This document shows, one piece after another, positions 20,250-34,303 of a stretch of DNA of 64,000 bases. This DNA is from Trichoplax sp. H2 (lineage: Eukaryota). Position numbers and translations under genes: made by a program. The stretch spans positions 248,001 to 312,000 of the forward strand of contig NOWV01000003.1 in NCBI GenBank assembly GCA_003344405.1. Reading direction: 5' to 3'. Position 1 is the first letter of the stretch. The number at the start of each line of letters is the position of its first letter. The notes below the pieces were generated by a model. The model did no database searches, was not told the origin of the DNA, and worked only from the letters and a program-made list of their open reading frames with translations.

Positions 20250-20919
20250 GTTTATGATGTTACTTCGAGAATTATTGCCATAGTTAAATTGAAATACTAC
20301 TACCAAATCAGTAGATGGTTATTGTTACTTCTCTTGCAATCATTCTTTATTATGATAAACTGTAATGGTTATAGTGAGAAACTGACTTATTCATACAAGC
20401 CAATATGATATGATTCGGTCTAAATGTTTCCTGAGATGCTGTGTAACGCGCAATATTACATTGTAGTTTACAAAAAAATGTAATAGATCGATTATCACGT
20501 TATTTGTAAACAAATACGTATTATTTACATCTTTCACTACATTTTAACATTGTCTTATTCCAGCAATAAAGTGATCATTTGCTTGATCTGTAAGCTACAG
20601 TACTATTTTTCTTCAGCATGAAAAAGTTGTATGCTTCTGGTATCCCATGTTCCATACAGACAATATCAATGTAAATTACGCTATCGTTCCCTATTACTAT
20701 TCTATATAATGAACTGGTCAAACGAAATAGTAATAAAAATAAAATATTGTAAAATGTGAACGAAAACGTGAATACTATAAAATTCTTATAGCTTAATTAA
20801 CGGCATGCTACACAAGTAAGCTCTAAAGCTTCAGAAATGCACTTGTCCTTAGCTTTGATAATGAGGTACCTACTTCCATCTCAATCGGCTACAGACTATT
20901 AGTAAACATGCGGTACATA

Positions 20920-23900
20920 CTACGTATGAATCTGTTTATATTTTTTGACAAACTTTAAGAGTTGGACAAGCGATGAAGCGGAAATTCCATCAATCCGACT
21001 GGCAGAGCCCAACTGTAAATAAGAAAGGCGAAATCTCTTAAGAAAATCCTATTGATTGCTATTTCAGCTAGTACTTACAGTCCGCGGCGCAACAGTTGAT
21101 AACTTCTCTTTTTCTTCTTCGTCAAGGAAACCCAATCTAACAAAGACCATATACAAATTTGCCATTCATTTGTGTTAATGTTTATATAAGAATGCATAAC
21201 TATACTACAATGAGCTTTACCTAGTGTAATCCAGATCATCAGGCAACGCTAGGTATTCAAGACGACGTAGCTCAGAAACGTCTTTATTTTGCCTTTCAAT
21301 TGCATTTGCATAACTACCTAAACAATTGTAGCGAAATGGCAACTAGATAAGTACATCGAGAATTTAACGATTAAGTCTTTATGAGGAACAAAGCAAACTA
21401 CCTTCGATCTCGATTCGATTACATAGGTAATCGTCCTCGACGATGTCCCTAAATTCTGCAGGGAAACCCCTACTAATATCAGAAAGACTGACGCGGGAAT
21501 TTATAAGCATTTCTAATCCACTAAAGAAAAAATTGACCTTAGTAACTTATCAATAGAATATCAGTATCAAAAGTAACAATATGATTTTACCTCTTTAATT
21601 CACCAGAATGTCGCATTCCGGAAAGATTACATCTAGCTTTCCAGCTACTTTCGGAAAATTTTAACTCCCTTTTAAGTACGGAAGTAAGATTGTCACAATC
21701 AAGATACCAACATACGTTTAAAGATACATGATCTTACCTCAAAGTGTTAATTGCCTTATCAAATTTGGTTTTAATCTTTACCATTTTTTCGAAACGTTGC
21801 TCACGGACAATTCCTACCTTATAACCTTTAGCAGCACAATGAATTCAATAGCAAATATCGATGCGTCAGTAACATCTAATACCATATCGAATTTTAGAAT
21901 CAGACTAATACTTACCTTTTTCAGTAAGTCGTAGATCAGCATTATCTGGTCTTAATCTCAAACGAAACTCTGCACGACTGAAAAATATAAGGTTTGATGC
22001 GAATTTTACCTTTCCAGGCTTGAAATTATAATCATCGAATATACTGGCATTCTGCTACCTTGTAAACATTCTGTATGGTTCTGTAGTTCCACGAGTAGTC
22101 AAATCATCTATCAGAACACCAATATATCCATCGGCACGATCTAGAATTAATGGAGACATTCCTTTCACCATCAAAGAACTATTTATGCCGGCAATTATAC
22201 CCTAATATCACAACGACCCCATGTATATAACAGGAAATTAATCAGATCAATTTTACTAATTCTACTAATTTTGGTAGAAATATACTCTAATAAGTTTATA
22301 ATATAACTAGGAAACATTTTAAACTGTTACTTGAGCAGCAGCTTCTTCATAACCCGTAGTTCCATTTATTTGCCCAGCAAAAAATAACCCGGAAACCTTT
22401 CTTGTTTCTAACGATGGTTTCAGTTGGCGTGGATCAATATAGTCATACTCCACTCCGTAACCAGTTTGAACTATTTCCACATCTTCCAATCCATGAACGG
22501 ATCGAATCATAGCTTTTTGTATATTTTCGGGCAAAGTACAAGAAATACCATTTGGATAAACAATTGAAGAGTCAAATCCTGTCCGAAAAAATTTAGAACA
22601 ATGATAATTTTGTTAATATATTTTGTCTACTGCTTAATACATGTTTTTACCTTCAGGCTCTAAAAAAATCTGATGATTTCTTCCTCTGAACCGTATCACT
22701 TTGGATTCAATTGATGGACAGTATCTGAATATCAGGATTCACAAATATAGTACACTTTTACTAATATAAGTATGAATACGAGGTACTGCATGAAAAGTAG
22801 GTATTGCCTGGGTCCACAAACTTCTTCTTTAATATGTGGGGTTAAGTGTAAATGTCTTGTAATTATTGAATGTGTATTAGAATTTGTTAAAGTCAAAAAA
22901 CATGGCAATTGCTCTGCTGGCTAAAGTAAATAAAATAATATCGTGTCAGTAACCACAAGCTACGAATATCTTATTACTAATCTATCAAATACCTCGATTT
23001 TAACTGCTCGATTCAAAAAAGAGAAAGGGGTAGGTTTTTCATCGCCATGCTGAATTACCAATTTCTTATAATCAATAGTTCTTCCGTCTAGCCTAGGTGG
23101 AGTTCCTTTGATTACAATAATTTTTATTAAACCAAATATTACTAAAGTACGGCATTTTTAAATTATTTTGCCTGTTTTTAGTCTTCCTATCTTGAATTTT
23201 AGATCTTCTATTGTTTTCGCAAGGCCAAAGGATGCTTCTTCATTTATTCTGCCACCATGAATAACTCTATTGCCTAAGGGATCCATTATTTCGTATTCAT
23301 GATCTATAAAATTTGTAACATCCCTATTAAGAAATATAGATAAAGTCTTACCTATATAGATTTTTCCTCTGAGAAAGGTACCAGTTGTTAACACTACACT
23401 TCGAGCCTTTATAATACTTCCGTTATCTAAAATCGAAGGCACAAGCATGTACAGTAGATTTATTTTAATGGTATAGAGTACGGGTAAATAAATATTCAGA
23501 TACCGCAGGATATTAAGGCTAAGTTTTCAAGTTCAAAAAACTCACGCAATACATAGTTGCGTCCTAACTGTACGTACGTTACTATACTGTACAATCCGGA
23601 TTGTCATTACCGGAATATCAATGCTAGACCGACGTCTGGTGACGTTTAAAGTTGTAATTATACTACGAATGTCAGTCATCATGCTAGGATAATTACAATT
23701 AATAATCGCTGATATATATATAGATTATGCAAATTTTCATATATTGTTATCCTGCCTAATTGAACGCCATCAATAACTTGCTTATCTCCATCAGACGATA
23801 AAATTAAATCTACGACCGCTCCTTGTAGTAACGATAAGTTCGGTGTACTTTTGATTTCCACCTGCATATTCGATCGATAAAGATTGCGATCCATTTGAGC

Positions 23901-25210
23901 CCTCAATCCCTAAGTGTATCAAGTTTATAACACATTACACTGGTACTTTCTGATGAAAATGAGAACAGTGTTTTGAGAATTATAACAGGAAACACATTGT
24001 TTTAAGTTATGGTATAATTAAATCTGCGTAGAAAACTTATGATTACACACCCAAACTGCTGGTCCTTTTCTTTTATTCAGAACCTTATAGTGAATTCCGG
24101 AAAGATCTGCGAATTTAAAGTCAATAAATGTACGTATTGGCGTATTAAGTACGATTTACTTTCATAATAATAGGTTAACGTCAACATTACAATTTCAAGT
24201 GTACTGTACTAGTCAGTAACTAGCGAACGTAAGTCATGCTATTGGAAAGGACTTATATTGGAAGGAGATCTTAGTCTATGCCTTTCATAGTTCAAGTCGT
24301 CCTGACAGGCTTCAATAATATAGTTAACATCAAAGGCAGAAGAACGATGTTAGATATTATAGCATAATCAGATAGTTTCTTGAGCTGAAAAGGATCTCGA
24401 AAGCTATAATTCTAAGCTCAAGCACGCATTGCCTCGCAAATCATATGACTATTGTACTGAGCTCTACATGCAGTTATGCCGAATACTCGTACGTATATAG
24501 CACAAAGACGTAATAAAAGTATAATCATTGCAATGCTGGAGTTCAAATCACAAAATAAGAGCATTCTTTTGGTACACTCCTTTTAGCTATGGTAATGCGA
24601 ACACGATACGTTATCAGAGCATTAAAATCTACCAATGGCAAGTTTAAAAGAAACTAGTACGTAGAAATTTGGCTGCAAACTGACCACAAATTCTGCCACA
24701 TAATCCATCCAAAGCATCAATTTCCCGAATTAAGTGACCTTTTCCAATGCCTCCAAAAGAAGGATTGCAAGACATCTCACCTAAATAAATTTAATTGATC
24801 TTAGCACAATCTGCCCTTAGATCTTTTGTAGATCATGGTATGGACTATCTATGAAAATCAGGTATAATCGAACGAAATATTTATACTGTAAGTTAATATA
24901 CCCGTATACTTGTAAATATGCGTACGAGTAACTAACTATAAATAAGAGTACACAAAATACTCATACAACCGTGTAGCCGGTGATAGGCTACAGGGTATTT
25001 ACGAAAAAGTTCGTCTGTAAAATCTACAATTGCTGCTAAATCATATTTACCAATTTTAGTCAAATCGTGAGATATTAGACACACCCTAGAGCCATTACGA
25101 GCAGCAGCAGCTGCAGATTCTGTTCCAGCATGACCACCTCCAACTACAATAACATCGTAAAATGAATCGCAACCCAGGCGATAACAGAAATTTCGAGTGA
25201 AGCGCAGCAT
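20920..25210 (-). CDS. MTO1: Mitochondrial tRNA wobble-uridine modification enzyme MTO1 (GidA/MnmG family), multi-exon
   Basis: [95 protein letters not shown]. The N-terminus is Arg-rich and presequence-like. Confidence 0.96.
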
Positions 25211-25379
25211 ATGAAGGCTTGACCCAAAAGCCTGTCAAAATTAAAAGTGGTATAGTAGAAGGATAGAAGAATGTTGATGCTTGGCTGCTTGCAACCTCTT
25301 TTTCGCTGATACGATCGACACTTTGACCATGCACTAGAAGCTACCGCTCCTGTAATTTTTAGTAGTTGATGATTTGAAA

Positions 25380-25545
25380 CTACTATACAGTACAGTACTG
25401 TACTGTACGTACACTGCACCCTACTGTTCTGTAATATACTGTAGACACAAATCAAAACAGTTCAGTACGGTACTGTACAGTGTACAGTACAGTATTATAC
25501 TGAGTATGTACAGTACAGTACACAGTACAATACAGTACAACATAA
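25380..25545. promoter_or_regulatory. ACAGT pentamer array inside the MTO1/TERT bidirectional promoter
   Basis: Dense pentamer tract between divergent ATGs only ~470 bp apart. The regulatory role is inferred from position. Confidence 0.6.
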
Positions 25546-25678
25546 AGACGCTTAAGTTGCTGTTAGTACGGTATCTTGTACCATTCATTTCATTTTATTT
25601 GTTTATGAATAAATAAATTGCAATTACAGTATTCATTAGCCATTACTTCGTCGAAAGGAAAGACCCATTAAAGGCCTT

Positions 25679-28600
25679 ATGGAAACCTGCGCTATCCTAG
25701 AACAGCTGCAAAATTTGTATCGCTTGAAGCCCAATGATGGAGCAGGTGATTTCGATTTTAAATTTGCGCGCCATAAAACAAACAGACAAGACTTGATTTG
25801 TTCACCATGTAAAATGCAGCAGAAATTCTGTGGAATACGTATAATGTAGATATAGTAAACAAATACATCCCTATGCTAAAATTGTATAATAGCATCCAGA
25901 CCTTTAACTAATTACTTAACTTTATAGTGGCCATTTTGAAAAGCTTATACGACGAAGTTGTAACTTTAAATATCTACTTACGACGCGACGATAGTCCGTT
26001 TGATTTCGTCTTGAGACCCAGTGACTATGAAGAATACCAAAATTTCCTGTGCCATACGCTCGTTGGACTCTCTGCCGGACAATTAGAATGTTACCATGTA
26101 AAAATTAGAAATGAAAAAGAAAAATTAGATATAAGCGGAACAATCGAACATGTTATTCAGGTATGACAGTATTATTATAAAACTATAACAACTTGAAGTC
26201 CCAATTTACCACGACAATTTCAAAGCAGAGCTTATGCAGCAAACAACGTCCATCACATCATATTTTATCTTTAGGTCGAACGAAGGTAAGCAACTTGTAA
26301 GATATAGAATAAGAATTTTTGATTGAAATGAGCTGATCAAAATAGTTATTTCGAATGTATTGAATTAAAATGTAAATATTTTTACGTAGATGGGAGCTCA
26401 GATTTGCAAGAACTCAGCTGTAGAAATTATTCAATCGCCTGTGTGGAATACTTTATTCTCAAGGTACCCCTTCAATTTAGCATCGCTTGTGTTAAGGATA
26501 ACGTAAAGGTGCTAACTATATAATTAAGGAAGGATCGTATCACCAATTTCAGAATCGATCATCGTTCAGTAATCCATCTATTGAAAGATACTGCAATCTT
26601 TATCCCGTTCACGAACACCTCATTGCTACAAGTTACAGGTGAAGCAGAGGATAATAGAGAATGATTATAATCGCTTTAGTCGTGCTTTAAATATACTAAC
26701 AAACATTTCTCTGATGCTTAAGGTTGTCCTATAAATAGGCATATGTATGATTTTCATGCAGCGAAAAATCCTGTCAGTACTTCAGGACCCTATCAGTGTA
26801 CAGAAAGGTACATATATTAATGAATCAACTACATGGTGCCACTTAACTTCTTAGAAATTATGGTGTCTTTTCCTTCTTTGAGAGTTTTAAACAATAACTA
26901 ATCTTACATAAGAACTAATATTACGTAAACGCTAGATCAGTATGTACATTGATAAAATTCTATTTAAATACTAGCCTAATGAGCTAGATATAAACTGTAA
27001 ATTTGTGCACTAACCAGTATTATCCATTTATGAACAAACCAGTAAGGGCAAATGTAAATTAACTACTAAAAGTATTAATATTCTATTAGTATCACACATT
27101 CTTCGAATGATACAGCATATTGCACATCGGCATACGGTATACAATACAGTACAAGTAAATAAATCTGAAACTGACACCAACAGAAAACAATAGCGAGGCA
27201 CTTAATTGCTCTACCACGCAACAACTAGTCATCAGAATTCACTTTGGCCTCTGCATGCAATTCTTTAGTATTACTAAAAGTGAACGTACACATTTTAATT
27301 CAACCAGAACGCAAGTTTGAAGTCACTAAAAAATAATTGTATTACACGTAAATTAGTAATGCCTTGTGTTTATATTCTACATAAATACCAGTACCAGTAC
27401 AACTAAACAGCTATGTATTAATACAGTATACTACGAGTATATGTGATTACTTCACTGGATGCCTTTAATTGGGAACTGTAGGAGAGTGAGTACTTTATAA
27501 ATAAAGTTGCCTACAAGCTGAGTGCATTTGCAAACACATTGCCGAGGCGCAACAGAAACTATCAATTAACTATTGATGTATTTACTGTATCTATTGCCAT
27601 ATTTCAATTCAGAAGCAATGAAGAACTACCTATTAAAAAACAGTGTCTATATGCCGCTCCTGCAGGATATAGATTTGATCACACTGGCGCTGAAGGTAAA
27701 ATAGTAACGATTTCAAATTGTTATTTCGCTGGATACAGTATTATCCATTTTATATAGTAAGTAAGTATTTGACATGTTACTATTCTACATATCAAAAAAT
27801 AATTTTAAAGGTACAGACTTTCCATTCCTAAGTTCGATTGACGTTCCTTATGAAGCCAATTACGAAATTGACAGTGAGCATACACCTGTTGCTCAAAGTC
27901 ACTTTAACGGACTAAAAGTACCAGAAGCTTTATCGTCTGATATTAAAACAAGTCAGTTATTCTTTAATTATAAGCTACTGTTTTATATTGTTAACAATCA
28001 TCGACTCATTTACTTCTTGTTACGTAAACATAAAACTCACACCAACACACCCACGCCACCTGTACAAGAAGAGGACGATTTAAATCGCGAAGCAAAGTAC
28101 TGTCGAAGTAGCTTACTGAAGCTCTCCACCAGTATTACCCGTATTATGTATTCCAGAGTCAGTAAGGAAAGTTTAAATTCGTCTAGTAGTAAGTATTGTA
28201 TTATTCATATGTTAATATAAAATATTTTTAGTGATGGTTTCAATGCTAAGAAATTCTGTACATGTATTTTAAAGAACTTCCGTTTTTATATAAACTGCCT
28301 AGATATCGTCGAAGTGGCCCACAGCAGCCGCAGGGGTGCTCGAAAATTGATAACAAGAATATTTTTATCAAATCAGATTCACCAGTCAAAATGTAAATAA
28401 TTTTTATTGTAACTTTTTGTATACATTCTAAATGATTTCAATGAATATTAAAAAAAATTAATAGTCCTATGGCTTTATAATTCGATTTTACGTTCATCTC
28501 TAGATAATAAAAAAGGAACTATACAGGTTAGACTCTTGAAATTATGCAAGATAACCAAATCAAGAATCATTCATACCATTATGTCAAAAGAGGATTCCCA

Positions 28601-31600
28601 ATTGCTAAATGATTTATCTTGGGTTTAGTCTTGTCGTCTGCCAAGAAGATTAATTCGATTACAGCAAATATTTCAGTCGTTCATCAAACGTCATAAGTAA
28701 GTTCATCATCGTGTCGTATAGAAACATAACATCTTGGTCTATGTGATCTTCGCATCTAAATAATGAGTTTATCGCTAGAAAATGTCGGTTTCAAGCTTTA
28801 TTACACCGTCAATGTCCACTAAAGCCTCATCAGATATTTCCGATCGAGGCAAGCGTAACTATTTTCTTAGCTAGTAATTCTATATCAAAGTTTAGTTTTT
28901 GTAGTAAATTATGATATGGTTTTATTTCAGAAGAATATGCCATATAAGATTACTTCTACAGTATCACTAACCTGATCTAATAACCTTATACAATAGCAAA
29001 CAGTAAATATTAACTGTAAAAAGCGAACTGAGACGAAAGTAGCTACTAATTACAGTTGTCTACGGAATAATTATTCCACTCCTGTTCAAGTAAGCAGACA
29101 GTGTTTATTATACCCTTAATATGCTACGTTTGATGTTAACAATTAATACTAGTTTGTCGAAGGTTTATTCTTTTTTAGTATCTGTCTGTAACCACGTTAT
29201 ACCACAACAGCTATGGGGATGCAAAAGAAACAAGCAATTATTTTATAACAGTATGTAGACTTCCATGCTCCTACAGTATATATTTCTAATGAAAATTATA
29301 AGTATCTATGTCAGAGCGGTCCTAATTTTTGCTCTAAATTTTCCGCTGACCTAATAATCTATACTCTTCAAAAATTTTGAAGAACTGTTCCGATTTATAC
29401 ATCTACATAAAAATGAAAAATTCACCTGCCGCGACATCATGATGAATATGAAGGTACATTATTTAACCACCAAATAATGTAATTCTAATACCCAGCAATT
29501 TCTAAATAAATAACAGAAAGAAAATAAACACTATTCAGATTTCAGAGTGTATTTGGGCCAATAATTTCATGCAGAAAGCCAAATTGTCTCCTATAAGTAA
29601 CAGTGAGAAATCATGGAGATTATGTACTACTTTCTTTTGGTGGTTGTTCAACGATTACTGCTTATCAATATTAAAGGTAGCCCTGAATTGATACCTTACC
29701 ATTTTTGTAGATGATTAATGTTACTAATTTTTCAGTCAGAATCATGAATAATTCACTTGGATCAAGTACTTTTTTATCTCAAATTTTAATAACCTCTTGA
29801 TCTTAGCCATTTTGTGCTTCTGATTTTGTTAGGGATATTTTTATGTAACTGACTCAGATAATACAAAAAATAAAATTTTTTACTATCGGAAGTCAATATG
29901 GCGAAGAATACTTACTCTCGGTGTAACAGGTGGATTCAAATGAGACTTGACAAATATCCTAGCGAAATTTTCAACAGCATAATTCGTTTCTATTAGGTCT
30001 TTTACGAGAAAAATTTAAGAAAATTGACAAGGTTGAAATATTCTTTTACACTTGTTGTGTATCAAAATTACAATAATATATTTTAACTTACTTACAGAAA
30101 ACCTACAAGAAGTTACTGCACGAACAGAAAACCCTCGGGTGTTCAGGATTGCGATTTCTACCGAAAGATAAAAAACTGAGACCTATCATTGCGCTAAATA
30201 GAAAAACTTTTTCATCAGATGTTATGGTATTCCTTGTTAACATGCGTTAGCTCTGCTTGTCAAAACTCACATCAGAAATTTTCGATAATGTTATCTCCTA
30301 TATTCACTAGAATAAAACCTTACAAAAATCGAAAGGATCACATTGCAGCAATCTGCCAATAAATGATCAACTTCGAAAGATATTTAACATTCTAACTTAC
30401 GAAAAAGTATGAAAATCATGAAATGAAATAAGTATATCTCTAAGTATTACGTGAGTACTCTCGGTTTACTATCGCCTACTTCAAGAAATGTAACGTAATT
30501 TTGCAGAATAAAGCTGTCTATAATAAAAGTCCCGGCATTTTTGGCTTTCATGACATTTATTATCAATGGAAAAATTTCATAAGCAACGTAAATCCTCAAT
30601 CGCATGACAGGTAAACATCAGTAGTCACTAACAAGTTATCTTGTATCATTATACAGTAGTACAATAATTTGCATCCAAAAGAAAACGTAATTTCTGAAAA
30701 TTCTATCAACATTGCTCCTTTATCCACATTTAGAAAGTGGTACTTCGCTAGTGTTGATATAAAGAATTGCTTCGACTCAATCCGGCAGGAGAAATTGTTA
30801 AGTATTGTTGATAAATTACTGAATCAGGTAATAGAATTTTTAAAATGAATCGTATGTACATTAGATAAGTTAAACTAGGAAATTTTCAATACCTTAGGAT
30901 GAATACTTGATGTATCAATTTACAATGGTATCACGACGAAATAATAAGAATTGCTCCAATATTCAACGTTACATCTTAAAAAACGGTTAATTTTATAATT
31001 ACTTGCGCTTATAGCCTCTAATCCGCTAATTCGCTTACGAATCACACACCCTAGGTGACATGAGTGCAACTGCACGTTTATTAAAATTCAGTGAAAATGA
31101 AAGCAATTCAAGAATGCGACATTGTATTGTCTACGATAAGGTCAAACAGTCAGTTATAACTGACCAATTTAATTCTAGCGCATTAGTGATGTAGACGAGA
31201 CAGTGAAACTCTTAATCATTCTTTGTGGAATTTAAGGATGATGGTCTTTCAGGAAGATAGTTAATAATCTTTATAATTTTATACCTAAGATAAATCAGAA
31301 TTAAGTTTTTGATAAAAGTTATGGTAACCATAGTACAATGTTATCGAGTTCTCGATGCTTGACTAATCATGATTATGTACCTATGATAAACCAGGCTGTA
31401 ATTGAAGTAGTTAAGAAAACTTTTGTTCTAGAGCAAATCAAAAAACATATTACTAATAACATTGTGCAGGTTACTCATGATTTTTACTAGTAATACCCGA
31501 GAGTTTTCCGTAGTAATGACTATTAAATATTGCTAAATCATTTACAAGTAGGTTAACGGAGAATATTATAAGCAGACTAGTGGTATTCCTCAGGGATCTA

Positions 31601-33557
31601 TTCTTTCCTCGGTCCTCTGCTAGTAAGCGAAATGGAATCTATGATCTAGATTCGAAACTTGATAAAAAATGTTAAAGTTAGATGTTTTTATTGCATCATA
31701 CATTTTAGTATATTTTATAACATGATGGAAAATACTTATTTAAAAGAATTCATGAACCAGAGCAATGTAGTAAGTATTTACGATACCTTATTTTTTGTTC
31801 TATGAATTTTTATATAGTCTTAGAATTCTCTCGTATACAATACCAAATTAAGAGCAAAAAATCCTCAAGACTTTTTCAGTACAAATAACAAACATAAATC
31901 TATTCAACGTTATATCTGTGTACCGTACATTAATGTAATAAAGCCGTTTACATTGAGCTCCTGTGATAAAATAGTTTTTTGCAAGGTTAACAGACGATTT
32001 CTTATTGGTGGCTAATAATAAAGACGTCTGCTGCGCTTTTATTAATAAAATGGCTAAAGGTTATGTACAATTCTACAAGACAATGTGTAATTGATAGCAA
32101 ATTAAAAATTATTAACATGTTCGAGATTTTCCTAATACCTTTTAGGTATTCCAGAGTACGGTTGTGAACTTAATCTTGCAAAATGTCTAGTAAATGAAAA
32201 ATTAGCTGTTATGAATGATTTTCAACCGAATCTTTGTAAAAATTCAAGTACTGAGAAATTAAAGCCTTTCAAAATTTAGTGGATAATTTACACTCTCTTA
32301 ACCCAATGTGTCTTTCTCCACTTAAGGTTATTTTCCATGGTGTGGGTTGCTTTTCAATATTAACACATTAGAAGTGTTATCAGATTACAATCGATATACT
32401 CATATACGTAAGTAAAGTTTTTACGTAATAACTTTACTCATGCCAAAAAATAAACTGTCGTAATTATCATGTAGGCATTAGTGAATGTATGACAATCAAT
32501 ATCAGTAATAATGCCGGACAAACAATGAGAGCTAAAATGCTTCAGTAAGTAGTAACCTATTTGTTCTATTAATACAAATTGCATTATATCCTATCATGCA
32601 ACGTATTTTGCCTGTTTATGTGAATACCAATTAGCTGCATTTTTCTTACAGGTACGTGAGAATGTTATGTCAAATAATTACTCTTGATCCTGAGGTATGT
32701 AGTAGCCGTGTTCATGTTTTAAATCCACAATGAATTAAAATGAATGTAAATACTTTTAGATGAATTCAAAGCTCACAATAGGCATTAACATCTTCGATAA
32801 ACTCCAACTAATAATGCTGAAATTTTTGGCCTATGTTCATCGACTACCGAAAGGGAAGAAACCTAACAGTAGTGTGCAGTACTTTGACCGTAAGACACCT
32901 TTTACACAATATAATAAATTTAACGTGGTATTTGCTACTGATTGCATATTTAATGGTAATAATAACGTTGAATTCTTTAATTTAATGCTATTCGAAGATA
33001 TGTTAATGGACATGATTCATTGTCTGTATATTACTGCACGAAGATGTTGTCGAAAGGTAATATTACATCGTTCAATAAAACGAAATTTACACTTTCATGG
33101 ATATGCAAGCCAAAAATTATTCTTATCTTATATTTGATAATGAACTACATAGTATGGCGTACTATTCTGTCTTGAAATGGATGAATTGATATGGTAATAT
33201 ATCTTTGTGACCGTATGATATGTTGTATATTACATGTTTCAACAACTTTTAATATGAAGATGTATTAACATGTAATTTGAAAAAAATAAGGCTAGGCGTC
33301 CAAGCTGCCTGCACTCATTTAGTCAAATTATCATCATCATGCATTTTTAATATTCGAATCATGAAATTTCGATTGCAATGCCTAACCGAGGTTAGTAATT
33401 AGCAGTGTTCTACGTACTGCTATAAACTTTTTTGTTTAATTGATGCTAACAAATTTTATTACCCTCATCGATCCAGAGAATATCTATTGAAAGACGAAAT
33501 TTCCTTTTAGAAATTCTAAACGCCCGTTCAAGAATTTTAGCCAGTGTTAATCTATAA
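25679..33557 (+). CDS. TERT: Telomerase reverse transcriptase (about 38 exons; first exon 25679-25745 inferred from splice phase)
   Basis: TEN domain (WNTLFSRI...LLQVTG), CP motif (CRFQALLHRQCPL), QFP region (IPQQLWG), T motif (YFYVTD...IFYYRKSIW), motifs 1/2 (LRFLPKDKKLRPII), A (FASVDIKNCFDSI), B' (GIPQGSILSSVLC), C (RLTDDFLL), D (GIPEYG), E (FPWCGLLF). Confidence 0.95.
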
Positions 33558-34303
33558 TGAACTTAATATACTAACTTCTTATAAGCACTCCTTAAATCAT
33601 TTACTAAATTCTTTTCATGTTCTATTGTAAACGTAGTGACTAATATTGCAAGCACTAATATTAATTAGAAAACTCGATTCACGGCGGAAGACAGATCGAA
33701 TAAGTTTACATTAGATAATCATATCGTTTGTGCATACTGTCAAATATATCAGGAATCTTTTCCTAGATATTCAACTTTAACGGACATTGGTATTATCAAA
33801 TATGATTTATAAAGGCCCTGTAAATCATTTTATTCATATTTATTGAACTCGTAATTACGATTCCAGCATCTGTAGTACTGTAAAGCAATATATATAATCA
33901 GTAGCAGTAACTTCTAAGGAGGTATGAGACATCCCATGTTAGTAACATCTATGTCTGTTAATCGTTTAACATAGTAAACAATGTCTAATTTAATCGACAT
34001 GCATATTGCAGGATTTAAAATAAATTGTTAGTCATAACCATTAGCTTAGCTATAAATTATGACTCGCCATGAACAATTGCAAATATTCCGCAACAAATCT
34101 GTTGATAAATGAAAATGTCTACTGTAAAGTAAATTAATACAGACAGATACCCTCATGATACTTTTATTAATGATGACTAGTATAAAGGTACTCACAGTCA
34201 CCAACAGGTATTTCAATAAGCAAAATCAAGTTTGTAAAAGTAAAACATGTATACATAATATGAATCTTATTATATATACAGTCGCAGCATAATTCTTTAC
34301 GAA

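Noticed and set aside
23496..23682. Box C (ATGATGA) and box D (CTGA) motifs in an MTO1 intron as a snoRNA
   Set aside because: The spacing of ~185 nt is too long, and I recognised no terminal stem or rRNA complementarity.
30733..32407. Reverse transcriptase motifs as a retrotransposon
   Set aside because: They are split by many spliceosomal introns and accompanied by TEN, CP, QFP and T motifs, so this is cellular TERT.
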